In this document: piece after piece, positions 10,641-21,809 of the stretch
Layout: each line of letters opens with the position of its first letter
How positions within the stretch are numbered: position 1 is the first letter of the stretch
Assembly (NCBI RefSeq): GCF_006345805.1
Contig: NW_021834740.1
Span: forward strand, 1 to 26,370
Direction: 5' to 3'
DNA: 26,370 nt
Source: Octopus sinensis
Taxonomy: Eukaryota
The notes under the pieces: generated by a model
Databases searched by the model: none
What the model saw: only the letters and a program-made list of their open reading frames with translations
What the model was told of the DNA's origin: nothing
Position numbers and translations under genes: made by a program

Positions 10641-11329
10641 GAAAGGGAGAGAGTGAGCTGTGCGAGAGGATGAAAGAGAGAGTGCAAGACAGAGTGAGTG
10701 AGAAAGATAGAAAGAAAGGAAAGAAGAGTCCGGGAGAGGAAAGAGAGATTGAAATTGCTTCAGAAACGAAAGGAAGGAGCACATAATTCATTTCGCAGAA
10801 TTCATCTTTATTTTCAGTGGCACTTTAGTTTAGGATTGCATAAATTAAAGTTTCGACAAAAAAATAAATAATTGAAAATCACTGGTAAAAGTTAGGTTGC
10901 TTTATTTTGTATGATAAGGCTTACTCTTACCAAACATACATAATTGACATAAGCTTTATAACGTACAAAACGTTATGGTGAGATAATGTTGCCTTGACAA
11001 TATTTCCTCCGTTATATTCTTCAACAAAAGAAAACCTTCCACTGTTCAATCGTATTACGAAGCACACAGTTCTAAAAATGAATCCCATCTGGCCATTGAA
11101 AGCCGAAAGGACATTGTTCTTTCAAAGTTCTAGCTCATTTTTCACTACATCAGATGATATCTCAATGCATTGCACTAGCCTTATGGCCAATAATTTCAAT
11201 CAGGTCATAGTTTTTTCCCACCTCTCTGCAAAATCAAACTGCACAATAATGGCGTGATGAATATGACGAAGCCGGGGAAAATGTATCTGTAATAAGTTGG
11301 CTATACCTCTGCAATGCACAAAATATTTT

Positions 11330-11470
11330 AACAATATTTTGTTTACAATTTCTTATATTTTATTATAAAAATATAAGATTTTTTAAGCATTGAATGGATA
11401 TAGGGTCCACTAGAGTAGAATAGGAATCAAAGGGGTCCATGGGAAAAAAAGGGGTTGAGGATCACCGGAC
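11330..11470. mobile_element. Terminus of a hAT-like non-autonomous DNA transposon
   Basis: Ends ggggtccatgggaaaaaaaggggttgaggatcaccgg, resembling a hAT/Charlie-type terminal repeat (reverse complement of CAGTGGTTCTCAACC), with the subterminal gggtcca motif repeated. Partner end not found. Confidence 0.5.
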
Positions 11471-11599
11471 TAAAGGATGAAACAGATGAAGGGAGCATTC
11501 TGGTACTTTGAGAGGTTTGACGACCAAGGACAAGTAAATCTAAATTTAGGGGAATGTGAAGCAAAGTGGAAAGACCAAAGGGAATTTATAAAAATGAAA

Positions 11600-12650
11600 A
11601 TAGGGGTTGTATGATTTCTCTACACTGAATACTTCAAGATTTGAAAAGGCTAGAAAAAGGTACATTTAGAGCTACTGATACAGGGTAGAGTAAAAGGTAT
11701 CCATATATTTCCATTGAAAACGTGAAGCTGTCTTATCCAAGCGTAGGTATAAGCGTTTCAATTGTTCAAATAACGGTAGATAAATGGAGATGCTAAACTT
11801 TATTAGTAATAAACGTATATTGCTATAGTTGGTAACATAGTTTTAAAACTTAAGGGTATTAAGTCCTTCATTAGCTTATGTGTAAGTTAACTTTTCTTGA
11901 TTTACAACAGCGAAAAAAGATAGGTTTCTTTAAACAGCTTAGTGTTTGCTGCTGATGCATCGACGTGGTTATTCCTAGCTACAACCATTCTGAATACTTT
12001 TTGAGAAAATATATCCAGATCTCGCAGCGAATACAGATGGTGAAACACAGGATGGAGTTAACTATTGAGATGGTAAGGAAGTCTGTGAGATTAAACATTT
12101 GTTACTCGTATTTGTAATGAAACTGAAAACTTTAACTTTCATGTATCATTTTAGAATTGGACATTAAGTAGAATTCCGTTGAGTATCTGGCATAATGTGT
12201 TCTACCATCAAGTTATTAGGCGCTAGGATTGTAAAAGAGGTTGGTATATTTTTAGAAACTTATGATTTGATGATATATATGGAAAAAGAATTTATCGTTA
12301 GGTAATTGTTAAGTGAGAATTTTGATTGTTGCTTGGAAAGAGATCCTGAAATTTCGAGAGAATTTAGCATAATTTCTAATTCATATCCTAATCTGAAACT
12401 TCGGAATAAGTTTCAATTAGTAATGTTACGCTTTTACAGATTATGACTAGATTATCCTATATTATTGTGTACAACGTCACGTTTGTTAGAGAGTAATTTT
12501 TGGTCTTTCGCTTGTGCATTTAGATCGGTCTTTTGGTAGGGAGCAGCTGTCAAAGAATAAATCGTTGCTTTCCTCGTAGCAAGTGGATGCTGTTTTGTTT
12601 ACGTAGTGAACAATTTTGTTACGGTTGATTTGTTTTAATAAATTTTATGT
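11600..12650 (-). mobile_element. Possible highly degenerate Penelope-like reverse transcriptase relic
   Basis: Frameshifted minus-strand pieces VTLYTII*DNL..KSVTLLIETYSE, ATIKILT*..NDKFFFHIYHQI, LAPNNLM and GYLLLY....LNVPFS fall in the same order as Penelope-like RT motifs (DVxxLYTNIPHDL, IKxILxNNxFxFNDKFYxQ, APxYANLxM, YLxFxSxHP...NIPFS). Similarity is weak and judged by eye. Confidence 0.35.
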
Positions 12651-13060
12651 TTTACTTATATGTTTTATGGTTCATTTAGGTGGAAACATTGGTTTCCATA
12701 TATTTTCTATGATTAATGCAGATATTTGATAGATATAGATCTACCTAGCAGTCAACGAGATACGTTATTCCGCTGGTTACGTTTAGTTAGTTTAAATTAT
12801 GCTTTTGGTGTTTTAATTATATTTCATAGGTCGTTAATTAAGAATGTTTATTGGTTAATGTTCTTTAATTAATATAGATTAATGTTTACGGTTCTACTGA
12901 TAATTCGTTCGGTTATTAATATTTTCCGTTTTTATGTGTTTGCAACGCTTTAGTGTTCTATTGTCTTTTTCTTTTACGTTCCATTGATCTTTGGGTAGCA
13001 ACACCCGTTATGATTATATTTCTCTCTTTTTATATACATTATTATCTAATTTCTATCCTT

Positions 13061-13170
13061 CGAGGTCGACTATGCCTTTCATCCTTTCAGGGTCGATAAA
13101 ATAAGTACCAGTCAAGAACTGAGATCGATGGAAATATAAGGCCGCGTGCCTATAGTAGAAAGGATTATTA
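13061..13170 (+). mobile_element. SINE fragment, same family as 16795-17193
   Basis: cgaggtcgactatgcctttcatcctttcagggtcgataaaataagtaccagt and the gtgcctatagtagaaa tail match the 17028-17193 unit. Confidence 0.85.
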
Positions 13171-13537
13171 AATTTCTGTGCTTCGTATCAGTGGGTATGT
13201 GATGATTTCTGTTTGGGATTTAGTGTTTGTATTCGTGTTTGGTAACAATAAGCAAGTGAAGATAATAAGCACATTGTGCTTATGTTTGGCTTCTCTGTCG
13301 TGGTTTTTAATTCCGATGCAGTCTATATTTTACACTGTTGGCACTGTTGGATTGAACTATGCATCCCAGGTGCCGAAACCATAATGATATTCGTTAGGAA
13401 GCTGATGATGAGGTCTATACGTTTGATGTGCTTATTTATTTTTTATATGTTGTTCACTTCGAACCTTTTGTATCTTATGCTCATATTGTTTAGGAATTTA
13501 TAGTTTAAAGACATTTAGTGGTACATATGCACGCACG

Positions 13538-13568
<31 letters not shown>

Positions 13569-14204
13569 ACACACACACACACATGAAAATGTATAACGTT
13601 TGTTTATAAAATTTATAAAATTTATCGAAAATCATATAGCTGCTTGTTTTGTATCGCTGATTATTTACCTCCCTTGATGTAATCAGAGAACGCAATCCTT
13701 TTTCTAAATATCTATATTGAATGGATACCAAGATACCAACAAACTCTTTTTTAATATATCGTGTCTACGATAATTGAGCAATACCTTGCGCGTTGTTAAA
13801 GTTAGTACTGAAGCCAAACGCATGTTATTTTAGCCCGACACGGAGCCTCTAGGCTGTTATTCATCCTATTCAGGAATGGAAGCTTCCTATCCCAAAAGTC
13901 TTTCATGTGAAAGAACTCATTAAATTATTCATTCTTTAATCTTACTAAAGGAAATTAGGCAACGAATTGTGATTAGGGGATGACTTTAATTTTCAATGGT
14001 AATCATACTTATGTGGTTGTATCTGGCAATATAAACGATTTATAAAGGAGATTAATACCTTATGAAACGGATTAGAAAAGCCATCGCTAGAGCGCCAATG
14101 ATCATAGGTTTGGTAGATCAAAGATGAGCAGAGCTGAAATAGCAGCACCAGCTCTGTTGCTCGTCGCTGGGAGGGATTGTCTGATATTGTAATATCTATT
14201 TTAC

Positions 14205-14436
14205 CAGTCAGCAAAGGAACTTCTGCAAATTCACTCGCCGTGTTAGAAATAACAGCCGGATCTCCAGCCTTCAACAGCACTCTTTTATCTTAAAAAGGAG
14301 CAGTTAGAAACAAACAAAAAAACATATTGGATAATATAGACCTCGGGAAACATAATATAGCGTGATGATTTAGATCACCGGTCAGCTTGACCACAGCTGA
14401 CTCGGGACTAACCAACAACAACAACAACAACAACAA
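14205..14436 (+). repeat. Diverged interspersed repeat ending in (CAA)n
   Basis: gttagaaataacagccggatctcc...cttaaaaag...acatattggataatatag resembles 19074-19225 (+). Short inverted pieces with ggctgctatttc occur near 2715-2735 and 20745-20770. Confidence 0.6.
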
Positions 14437-14494
14437 CTGACAACATTGATGTTCAGCGTTGACAATACGTTGTTCCGACTTTGCAGTGCATATT

Positions 14495-14630
14495 TACAGC
14501 GAAGTGAACTGACCACTTCAGAGTAAAGTGTACTGACCATAAGCACAAATTCATGTTGGTATGAGGATACGAACTGTTGACCTCTTAACTGCCTGCTTGG
14601 TATTCTTTCTACTCAGCCAGCTCTCCTCAT
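14495..14630 (-). mobile_element. Very diverged tRNA/CORE-like SINE head
   Basis: Minus strand gaggagagctggctgagtag...agttcgtatcc (A and B box-like) followed by ttgtgcttatggtcagtacactttact (CORE-like). Confidence 0.4.
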
Positions 14631-15102
14631 TGGACAGAGAAGTAAAGAGACATTCTCTGAAACATGCTCAACGTCAGAGAAATTAGAAACTTGCGCGGGG
14701 AGATCGTGAACCGCTTTTAAGGGTTATAGAATTCTATCGGAGTTAGAAAGAATATCTAAAGGACCTTAGTTGATGCGAAAGGTGTAAGTTTGTGAGTTTA
14801 TGAGCATATCTGTACTCGTACATGCATGTGTTCATGTGTATGTGTGTGTATAAATGAATATATATATATATCTACAGCCATGAAATGTGATTAATGTATG
14901 TATATTTGTGTGCGTATATGTAAACGAGTGTGTATGTGTGTGTGTCTTTGTATACTAAAACATCACTAATATGTATACAAGTTGTGATTAATTTTATGGA
15001 GACATGCGCCTATGTGTGTAAGTGTATATATGCGCATGCAACTTTGTATAGATGTGAATGTACGTAGGCAAGTATATATGCATATTTGAACACATATATA
15101 TA

Positions 15103-15137
<35 letters not shown>

Positions 15138-15140
15138 GTG

Positions 15141-15182
<42 letters not shown>

Positions 15183-15689
15183 CATATTATGTGCGGAGGT
15201 GTTGTTAAGTATAGATATTTATATATACATGTGTATGTGCGTGTGAAATGTATGTGAGTCTGTGTATGTCGGCTGCATTTAAGAAGATAGTCATGTGATG
15301 CTTGACGTCAGAGTTGTACGTAGATGGCTGCTTCATCATGTGGTAATAATATTTTGCAGTGTAACGATACAATTAAGTCCTGTATTTGAGTGAGTAGTTA
15401 GCTGTGAGCGGCCTAAAGCATTGCTGTTGCACCAATTAAAAAAGCGGTGAGCACATAAACCGTAAACGTGACAACGGAATCTATACAGCTAATTATTCAT
15501 CGCTGCACACTTGCAGTGCGGTCGTTTGCAATCAATGACAGTTTTGCCGCATTTGTCACTGACAATGTTGCTGAAACTGCATCGTTATATTACATCGTTT
15601 TCTGCCGTACTGATTGCAAAACCTGCAGAAGACAGGTAATTTCTTTAAATAGGCGAGAGCTAGGGAAATAAATGCCTGAATTGCTGCGC

Positions 15690-15937
15690 TGGTTGGCTGA
15701 AGAGATAGATGGGCGGGTGGGTGGGTGGATGAAGGGGTGAGTGGTGGATGGCTGAATGTATGGGTAAGTAGAATTGCAGTGTGTGGGTGGTTGGTTGGCT
15801 GAATGGTTGGCTGGTTGGCTGGTTGGCTGGTTGGACGGGTATATGGATGGATGAATATAGAGTTGACTGTATGATTTGGTGGATGGGTGGATGGATGGAC
15901 TAGACTGCCCGGCTGGCTGCCTGACCACTGAGCTACC

Positions 15938-15968
<31 letters not shown>

Positions 15969-16000
15969 TTGGCTGGTGTTTGGCTGGTTCCTTGGCTGGC
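15690..16000. repeat. (GGCT/GGTT/GGAT)n degenerate tetranucleotide repeat
   Basis: Direct reading; source of the QPAS-rich ORFs. Confidence 0.9.
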
Positions 16001-16794
16001 TGTATTGAAATAAAAATGCATTTTGTTGGAGCGTCGAGGCAGAGCATTAGAAATGAGAACAGAAAAGAGTTGGGGAATTAATGAAGTGAGATGGAAAGAT
16101 TCAGTGATACACACACACACACACACAGGGTCAGGTGGTTTGGATGTGTGAGACAGCAAAGGGGAGAGGAAAGAGAGGGGAAGAGAAACAAATTACAAGG
16201 ACTAAATGCGAATGATTAAATTTTGAAAATTTCGGACGACAAAAGACCGATATTGTAATCGTGTTTCTTGGTTCGATTCTCGACTGTTATGTTTATAGAA
16301 ACCTTTGTTATTTTTTTGCTTCTTTTATTATTCCTAGTCCTAAAAATGGTGTGGAAGAAGAGTTTATTTCTAAGGAATGACGAAATTGCTGCCACAACTA
16401 ATTGAAAAGTTGTGAAGAAAGAAACCCTACTAAAGCTAATATCATCCGAATTTGGTAACGGTGTGAAGTACGTGTGTGTTTGTTGTGGGGGGTGTACTTT
16501 ATTTAGTCTTGCTAGATGTTTTGATCAGCTCTTCTTTAAGTGACAGCAGACCCTCTCAAACAAGCAAACGACGCATTGACTAATGTAGTTCTAAACATCG
16601 CTACGACTGAAGAAATAGCAGGCGACCTACGTGTCTTTGATCAATGTGTCTTTGACCAAAAGTTTGTTCTCTTAACAATCTAATGCTGTATCATTATTCG
16701 ATCACTCGACTTTATAGAACTAATAATTAAATCATCTGCAAATCAAACCAAAACAAAGGAAGGACACATTACATAATATAATCAGGAGAAAAAA

Positions 16795-17193
16795 GGCGGC
16801 GAGCTGGCAGAAACGTTAGCACGCCGGGCGAAATGCGTAGCCGTATTTCGTTTGCCGTTACGTTCTGAGTTCAAATTCCGCCGAGGTCGACGTTGCCTTT
16901 ACTCTTTTCGGGGTCGATTAAATAAGTACCAGTCACGCACTGGGGTCGATATAATCGACTTAATCCGTTTGTCTGCCCTTGTTTGTCCCCTCTGTGTTTT
17001 GCCCCTTGTGGGTAGTAAAGAAACAGGTATTTCGTCTACCGTTACATTCTCAGTTCAAATTCCGCCGATGTCGACTTTGCCTTTCATCCTTTCGGAGTCG
17101 ATAAATTAAGTGCCAGTTGCGTACCGGAGTCAATCTAATTGACTGGCCCCCTCCCCAAAATTTCCGGGCCTTGTGCCTAGAGTAGAAAAAATA
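16795..17193 (+). mobile_element. tRNA-derived SINE with internal duplication (dimer-like)
   Basis: Head ggcggcgagctggcagaaacgttagc, B-box gagttcaaattcc, core gcctttcatcctttcggagtcgataaattaagt. 16844-16960 and 17028-17144 are homologous 117-bp units. A-rich end. Further copies at 13061, 17560 and 19520. Confidence 0.9.
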
Positions 17194-17299
17194 TAGTCCT
17201 GGACAAAATATATGACAGTCATCAGCGACATGTTGTTAACCATAGGTTCATCTAGGGATAAACTGAAACTAAAATACAACATCGCTACGGTATATGATA

Positions 17300-17513
17300 T
17301 AGGAGGGGATAGGAGCTTGAAAAGTCCCTGGTTGTAAGGGTCACGTGAAAGGCCTGATTGGAGATCCAACCTTCCGAGTTCTTTTACAGGGCTGAAACAC
17401 CGCTGCAATAAGTGCGTAAATCTGAGAGGAGAATATGTTGAATAAAATCATAATTAACTGATCCTCATGAATTTCCTTTTGCCCAAAGCCGGTAAATATT
17501 CAGTACCCCTCGT
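17300..17513 (+). mobile_element. Non-autonomous mariner derivative (MITE-like)
   Basis: Imperfect terminal inverted repeats (taggagggg...tgaaaagtccctgg / ccggtaaatattcagtacccctcgt). 17401-17445 encodes RCNKCVNLRGEYVE*, matching the mariner transposase C-terminus (RWxKCVxxxGxYVE). Confidence 0.8.
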
Positions 17514-17558
17514 TTATTTCATTATATAACGTATATTCTTTATATCTTTCCTTAAACA

Positions 17559-17690
17559 CAGCGAACTGGAAGTCGTTGGAGCGTCATATAAAAAGCTGTA
17601 TATATTCCGGTTCTGTGCTCTATAAGTTCAAATCCTGATGAGATCATCTTTATATCTCGGTATCGATAAAGTATCTGTCCGATCGTACGG
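17559..17690 (+). mobile_element. Diverged SINE copy, family of 16795-17193
   Basis: cagcgaactggaagtcgttggagcg...aagttcaaatcctgatgagatc...tcgataaagta aligns loosely with the head and core of the 16795 element. Confidence 0.55.
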
Positions 17691-18821
17691 TTGATTTTAG
17701 CCGTCGATAGACACCAAGACCCTCCTACCCCGTAAAAACCTTCAATGTAAGCAGAACATTGGCTTTCTGTGCTAAAAGTCCTCTAAAGTAGACTGGCGCC
17801 TTATCCAGGTGTTGTAGTGAAATCTGATTATCAGCTCTCATCTATTTTATTCCAAGTTAAGACACACCGAGTAAATTCTGAAGAGAACCTTCGTCAACTT
17901 AACATGGATTACACGTTCTTTTACTCATACGCTGTTTCTTCGTTTTTCCTTCATTTCCTCTTTCCTTCTTCTCCTCCTTATTTTTTTAGTTCTGTTTACT
18001 CTCCATTATAATCAACGAGCTGAGACTCAGGTTAGTTTAGACGCACGCCCTCATTAACCCGATTGTTAGACTGGGAAATCGAAAACTAACCCTTTACCAA
18101 TGCAGTCACAACTCTCAACACCACCATCACCACCACCTACAACGACAAATAAAACAAAGGAACCAACTGAAAGAGTGAAGAGAGACTAAGAGCCGAGGTG
18201 ACGGTGATTGGTCTCTGGTGGGTTAGAAACCACTAAATGAAGTCTTTACTTTCTCCTCTTTCTTTACCATCTTCCTCCTTCGTATTCTTTTAAGGCTACG
18301 TGTATGTGTCTGTGTGTTTGGTCACCAAGGTTTCAAGTACAAGTAGAAATGGCGCCTCTTAAATAATTTAATGTTCAAACCAGGGGAGTTATGAGAGCGG
18401 GGGAAATCAGCATCATGACAAGGAATTCTAGTTTATCTTTTATTAATATCTGTAAATGCTCGTTTATTGTGATAAAGCCGCTTGAGAAGTGTCATATAAT
18501 GACATATAATAGCTGCACTTCCATCGTACGACCCACTCTCTCTCTCCTCCCCTCGATTCCTTTGCTATCTCATTCACTTGACTCTCTTTTCCTTTCTTTA
18601 TCTGCCTCTATCTCTCTCTCTCACTTGCTCTCTTTCTCTCTCTCTCATTCGCGTCCTCCGACCAACTCTCTTTCTCTCACCATTGGCGAAATATAAAGGT
18701 CTTTATTACCAATATATTGATATCTGTCTTCGCAATCTGCCTTCTACAATGAGATAAAATGCGATATCATCTCGCTTACATATATACATACATACGCAGA
18801 GTTACGTACACAGAGATACAC

Positions 18822-18825
18822 ACAG

Positions 18826-18882
<57 letters not shown>

Positions 18883-18975
18883 AACACACACACATCTATA
18901 CAAACACCTCTTTCTTGCTGACTTTCTTTCTCCTTCTTTCTGTCCTCCTCTCTCTCTCTCTCTCTCTTTCTCTAT
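18822..18975. repeat. (CA)n and (CT)n microsatellites
   Basis: Direct reading of the sequence. Confidence 0.9.
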
Positions 18976-19073
18976 GTATGCGCGTATTTGTACATCTCTA
19001 TGTGTGTCTGTTATGCCAGTGTATTCTCAAATCATTTTAAACAATGAACGAGACTTTACGCTGTTGTCGCATA

Positions 19074-19225
19074 TGCTAGAAATGGTTATTAAATCTCCCT
19101 CAAATCACAAGTTCATCGGTTTTAAACAGAAAAGACATACCACATGATATAGGCCCAAATACGCTGCTTGATAAAAGAAACAAACGTGGTCTCACGGCTG
19201 TAATATATTTGATCAGAGACTAGTA
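19074..19225 (+). repeat. Diverged interspersed repeat, related to 14205-14436
   Basis: gctagaaatggttattaaatctcccctcaaatcaca...ttttaaacagaaaagacatac..atgatatag is similar in order and sequence to the 14.2-kb copy. Confidence 0.55.
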
Positions 19226-19328
19226 ACACGGCGGGAGAAAGATGAAAAAAAGAGGTGTGTCATAGGATGTCATTGGCTCCGATATGGGAGCGAGTATAGG
19301 GAAATCATCAAAAAGGAAGTTGGCCTAA

Positions 19329-19345
19329 TAGAAAGATAGAATGAT

Positions 19346-19419
<74 letters not shown>

Positions 19420-19430
19420 TTAAAAGATGT

Positions 19431-19472
<42 letters not shown>
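19329..19472. repeat. (GATA)n and (TA)n microsatellites
   Basis: Direct reading of the sequence. Confidence 0.95.
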
Positions 19473-19475
<3 letters not shown>

Positions 19476-19519
19476 AATGAGATTCACTACAGCTGTTTCA
19501 GACGTGTTTTTAGTAATAA

Positions 19520-19600
19520 CAATGCCTTCTACTAAAGGCATGCGGCCTGAAATATCGGAGAAGGGGATTAGTCGATTACATCGACTCCAGTGTTTCACTT
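19520..19600 (-). mobile_element. 3' fragment of the 16795-family SINE, inverted
   Basis: Reverse complement cactggagtcgatgtaatcgactaatcccc...tttcaggccgcatgcctttagtagaag matches the tails at 17125-17190 and 13140-13165. Confidence 0.75.
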
Positions 19601-19946
19601 TTTATCTTTTTTTTCTTTTAGTTTTGTGAAATGAACAGAAGTGTGATCAGTATTGTCTCATATATCAGGAAATTATACCCACTTTATTATGGATAAATTA
19701 TGGATAAATTCATCGTCTCTGAGTATGAAATATCTCCTCATATCTCCGGAAATTATACCTACATTATTATGGATGGATTTACCTTTTCTGTGAAGCTAAC
19801 AAGCTTTTTTTAAAACCTTTTATAAAACTGTGTATCATTAGAGAACATTGGAAGTTTGCTTACAATCTAAATTTGCTTTTTATAGAACTCTCTTCGATAC
19901 TTCATGAGTATAGCCTCACCCCCTAGGATGTTTGGAGAACTCATAT

Positions 19947-20016
19947 GTGTTTTGACTGATGAGTACGGGACTTTTAATAAAGCTGTTCTTCGTATGAAAC
20001 AATTGTACTGAAAAAC
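19947..20016 (+). ncRNA. Minimal type I hammerhead ribozyme motif with weakened stem I
   Basis: gtgttttga-CTGATGA(19956-62)-gtacgggac...gttcttcgtat-GAAA(19996-99)-caattg-TA-ctgaaaaac. Stem II gtacggg/ttcgtat, stem III palindrome CAATTG, GUA triplet (cut after 20007). Stem I has an A-C mismatch and wobbles next to the core. Confidence 0.7.
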
Positions 20017-20044
20017 CTAATCCATTCTTGTTGCTTTTTTCTTG

Positions 20045-20098
<54 letters not shown>

Positions 20099-20150
20099 CA
20101 TATATGTGTGTGTATGTGTGTGTGTATGTGTGTGTGTGTGTGTGTGTGTG
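20045..20150. repeat. (TA)n(TG)n microsatellite
   Basis: Direct reading of the sequence. Confidence 0.95.
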
Positions 20151-20332
20151 GCTTAGGAGTATTTTGGCTTCTATTTTTAGCGAAGCCGTTGCTTGTGTAG
20201 AACCCTAGTCTATGTAAATATATTTATATATCTTATATATAAATATTAATTTTGCCAATACGGTTATTACGCTTGCAGTCACTAACGTTATTATTTTTAA
20301 GAATAACAATATATATATATATATATATATAC

Positions 20333-20482
20333 GCAGTTTCTGTCCACCGAATCCAGTGACAATGTTCTCGTCGACCTGAGGCTAGAGTAAAAAACACTGG
20401 TTGAAGATATCACGCTGTGGGACTGAACTTAAAATCACGTGGTTGTGAGGCAAGCCTTTTACTGCTCGGCCACGCAAGCGCT
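20333..20482 (-). mobile_element. Diverged tRNA-derived CORE-like SINE 5' part
   Basis: Minus strand gcgcttgcgtggccgagcagtaaaagg (A-box-like)...agttcagtccc (B-box-like)...gatatcttcaaccagtgttttttactctagcctcaggtcgac. Confidence 0.65.
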
Positions 20483-20799
20483 TGAATAACATAAATGTAG
20501 ATACATTACGTCTGGAAAGTAAAAAGTGTTGGGATGGTCAGTAGTTGTCAAGGACTTGAGCATAGGTTAGTGGGACAGGAATAACCAGGAACTGAACAAT
20601 AGCAACAACCACAACAACTAATGTTTGCCGTTGTTTGCCCCTAGGTTAGCTCCCATCCATCAGAACCAGTTTCCTGGTTGCAAACAGTACATCGTCCAGT
20701 ACAGCATCCTTCGATATTTAAGGCGGCAGAACATGATTTGATGGGTGCAATGGCTGCTATTTCTGCCAATCTGATACTGAATAGTGGATCGCTCACTGA

Positions 20800-20807
20800 T
20801 TGTTGTT

Positions 20808-20850
<43 letters not shown>

Positions 20851-21077
20851 GATGGAGAGAGGGGCGGGGATGTAGGGAGGGCGGGGATGGAGTGAGTGAG
20901 GGAGGAGGAGGAGGGGAGGAGGAGGAAGAGGGGGAGGAGGAGGAGTTAAGTTGAAGAAAATGAGAAATAAGTTTTAAAAAAACAGGGTCTTTGGAAGAGT
21001 AAGAAAGAGACAGGAAAGCAGAGAAGAAGATGGAGGAGGAGGAGGAGGAGGAGTGGAGGGAAAGCAGAGACATTAAT

Positions 21078-21113
<36 letters not shown>

Positions 21114-21485
21114 CAGCAGAAGCAGCAGCAGCAGCAGCAGCAGTGGTGGTGGTGGTAGAAGAAAAAGAAGAAGAAAGTAGAAGAAAGTAGATGAAGAAAG
21201 AAGAAAGAGAGAAGAAGAAGAAGAAGAAGAAGAAGAAGAAGAAGAAGAAGAAGAAGAAGAAGAAGAAGAAGAAGAAGAAGGAAGGGGAGGAGAGGAGGAG
21301 AGAAGTAAGAGAAGAACAACGATGACGGCGGCAAGAGGAAGAGGTGGACGGAAAGAAGAGCAGAAGAGGAAGTAAGCATGTGGGAGAAGGGTGGAGGAAA
21401 GTTTGAGCGGAAGTGAGAGGAGAGGGAGAGAGGGGGAAGGAGAAGGGGAGAAAGATGGAGGACGGAAAGATGGAGGACGGAAAGA
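20800..21485. repeat. Purine-rich compound trinucleotide region (GTA, GGA, GCA, GAA)n
   Basis: Direct reading; source of the 239-aa and 243-aa low-complexity ORFs. Confidence 0.95.
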
Positions 21486-21809
21486 TGTCAACAACAACGA
21501 TAAAGAAAAGCCAAAGGTGTCGGAGGTCAAGTTTGTTAACCTTTGCATTTTGGTTTTACTCGGATGCCTCTTGTGTTTTGGTTTTAGTTTGTGTTTATAA
21601 ACCATAGGTGGGGAGGGCATTCCTATCACCACTTCCACTTCCACTACCACCTCCCCCACCTCCGTTTTAGAAGTCAACTAACCACCACACACACACACAC
21701 AGGCGCGCGCATTCTTTCTTACCGTCTTTCACCGGCATCAGTTCCACCACCGCCGTCACCGTCACCATCGCAAACCGGCGCCAGCGAACCCCCCCACCCG
21801 TCACAATCA

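Noticed and set aside
17635-17675. CTGATGA motif
   Set aside because: It is a mutated part of a SINE just after the B-box; there is no GAAA or hammerhead stem.
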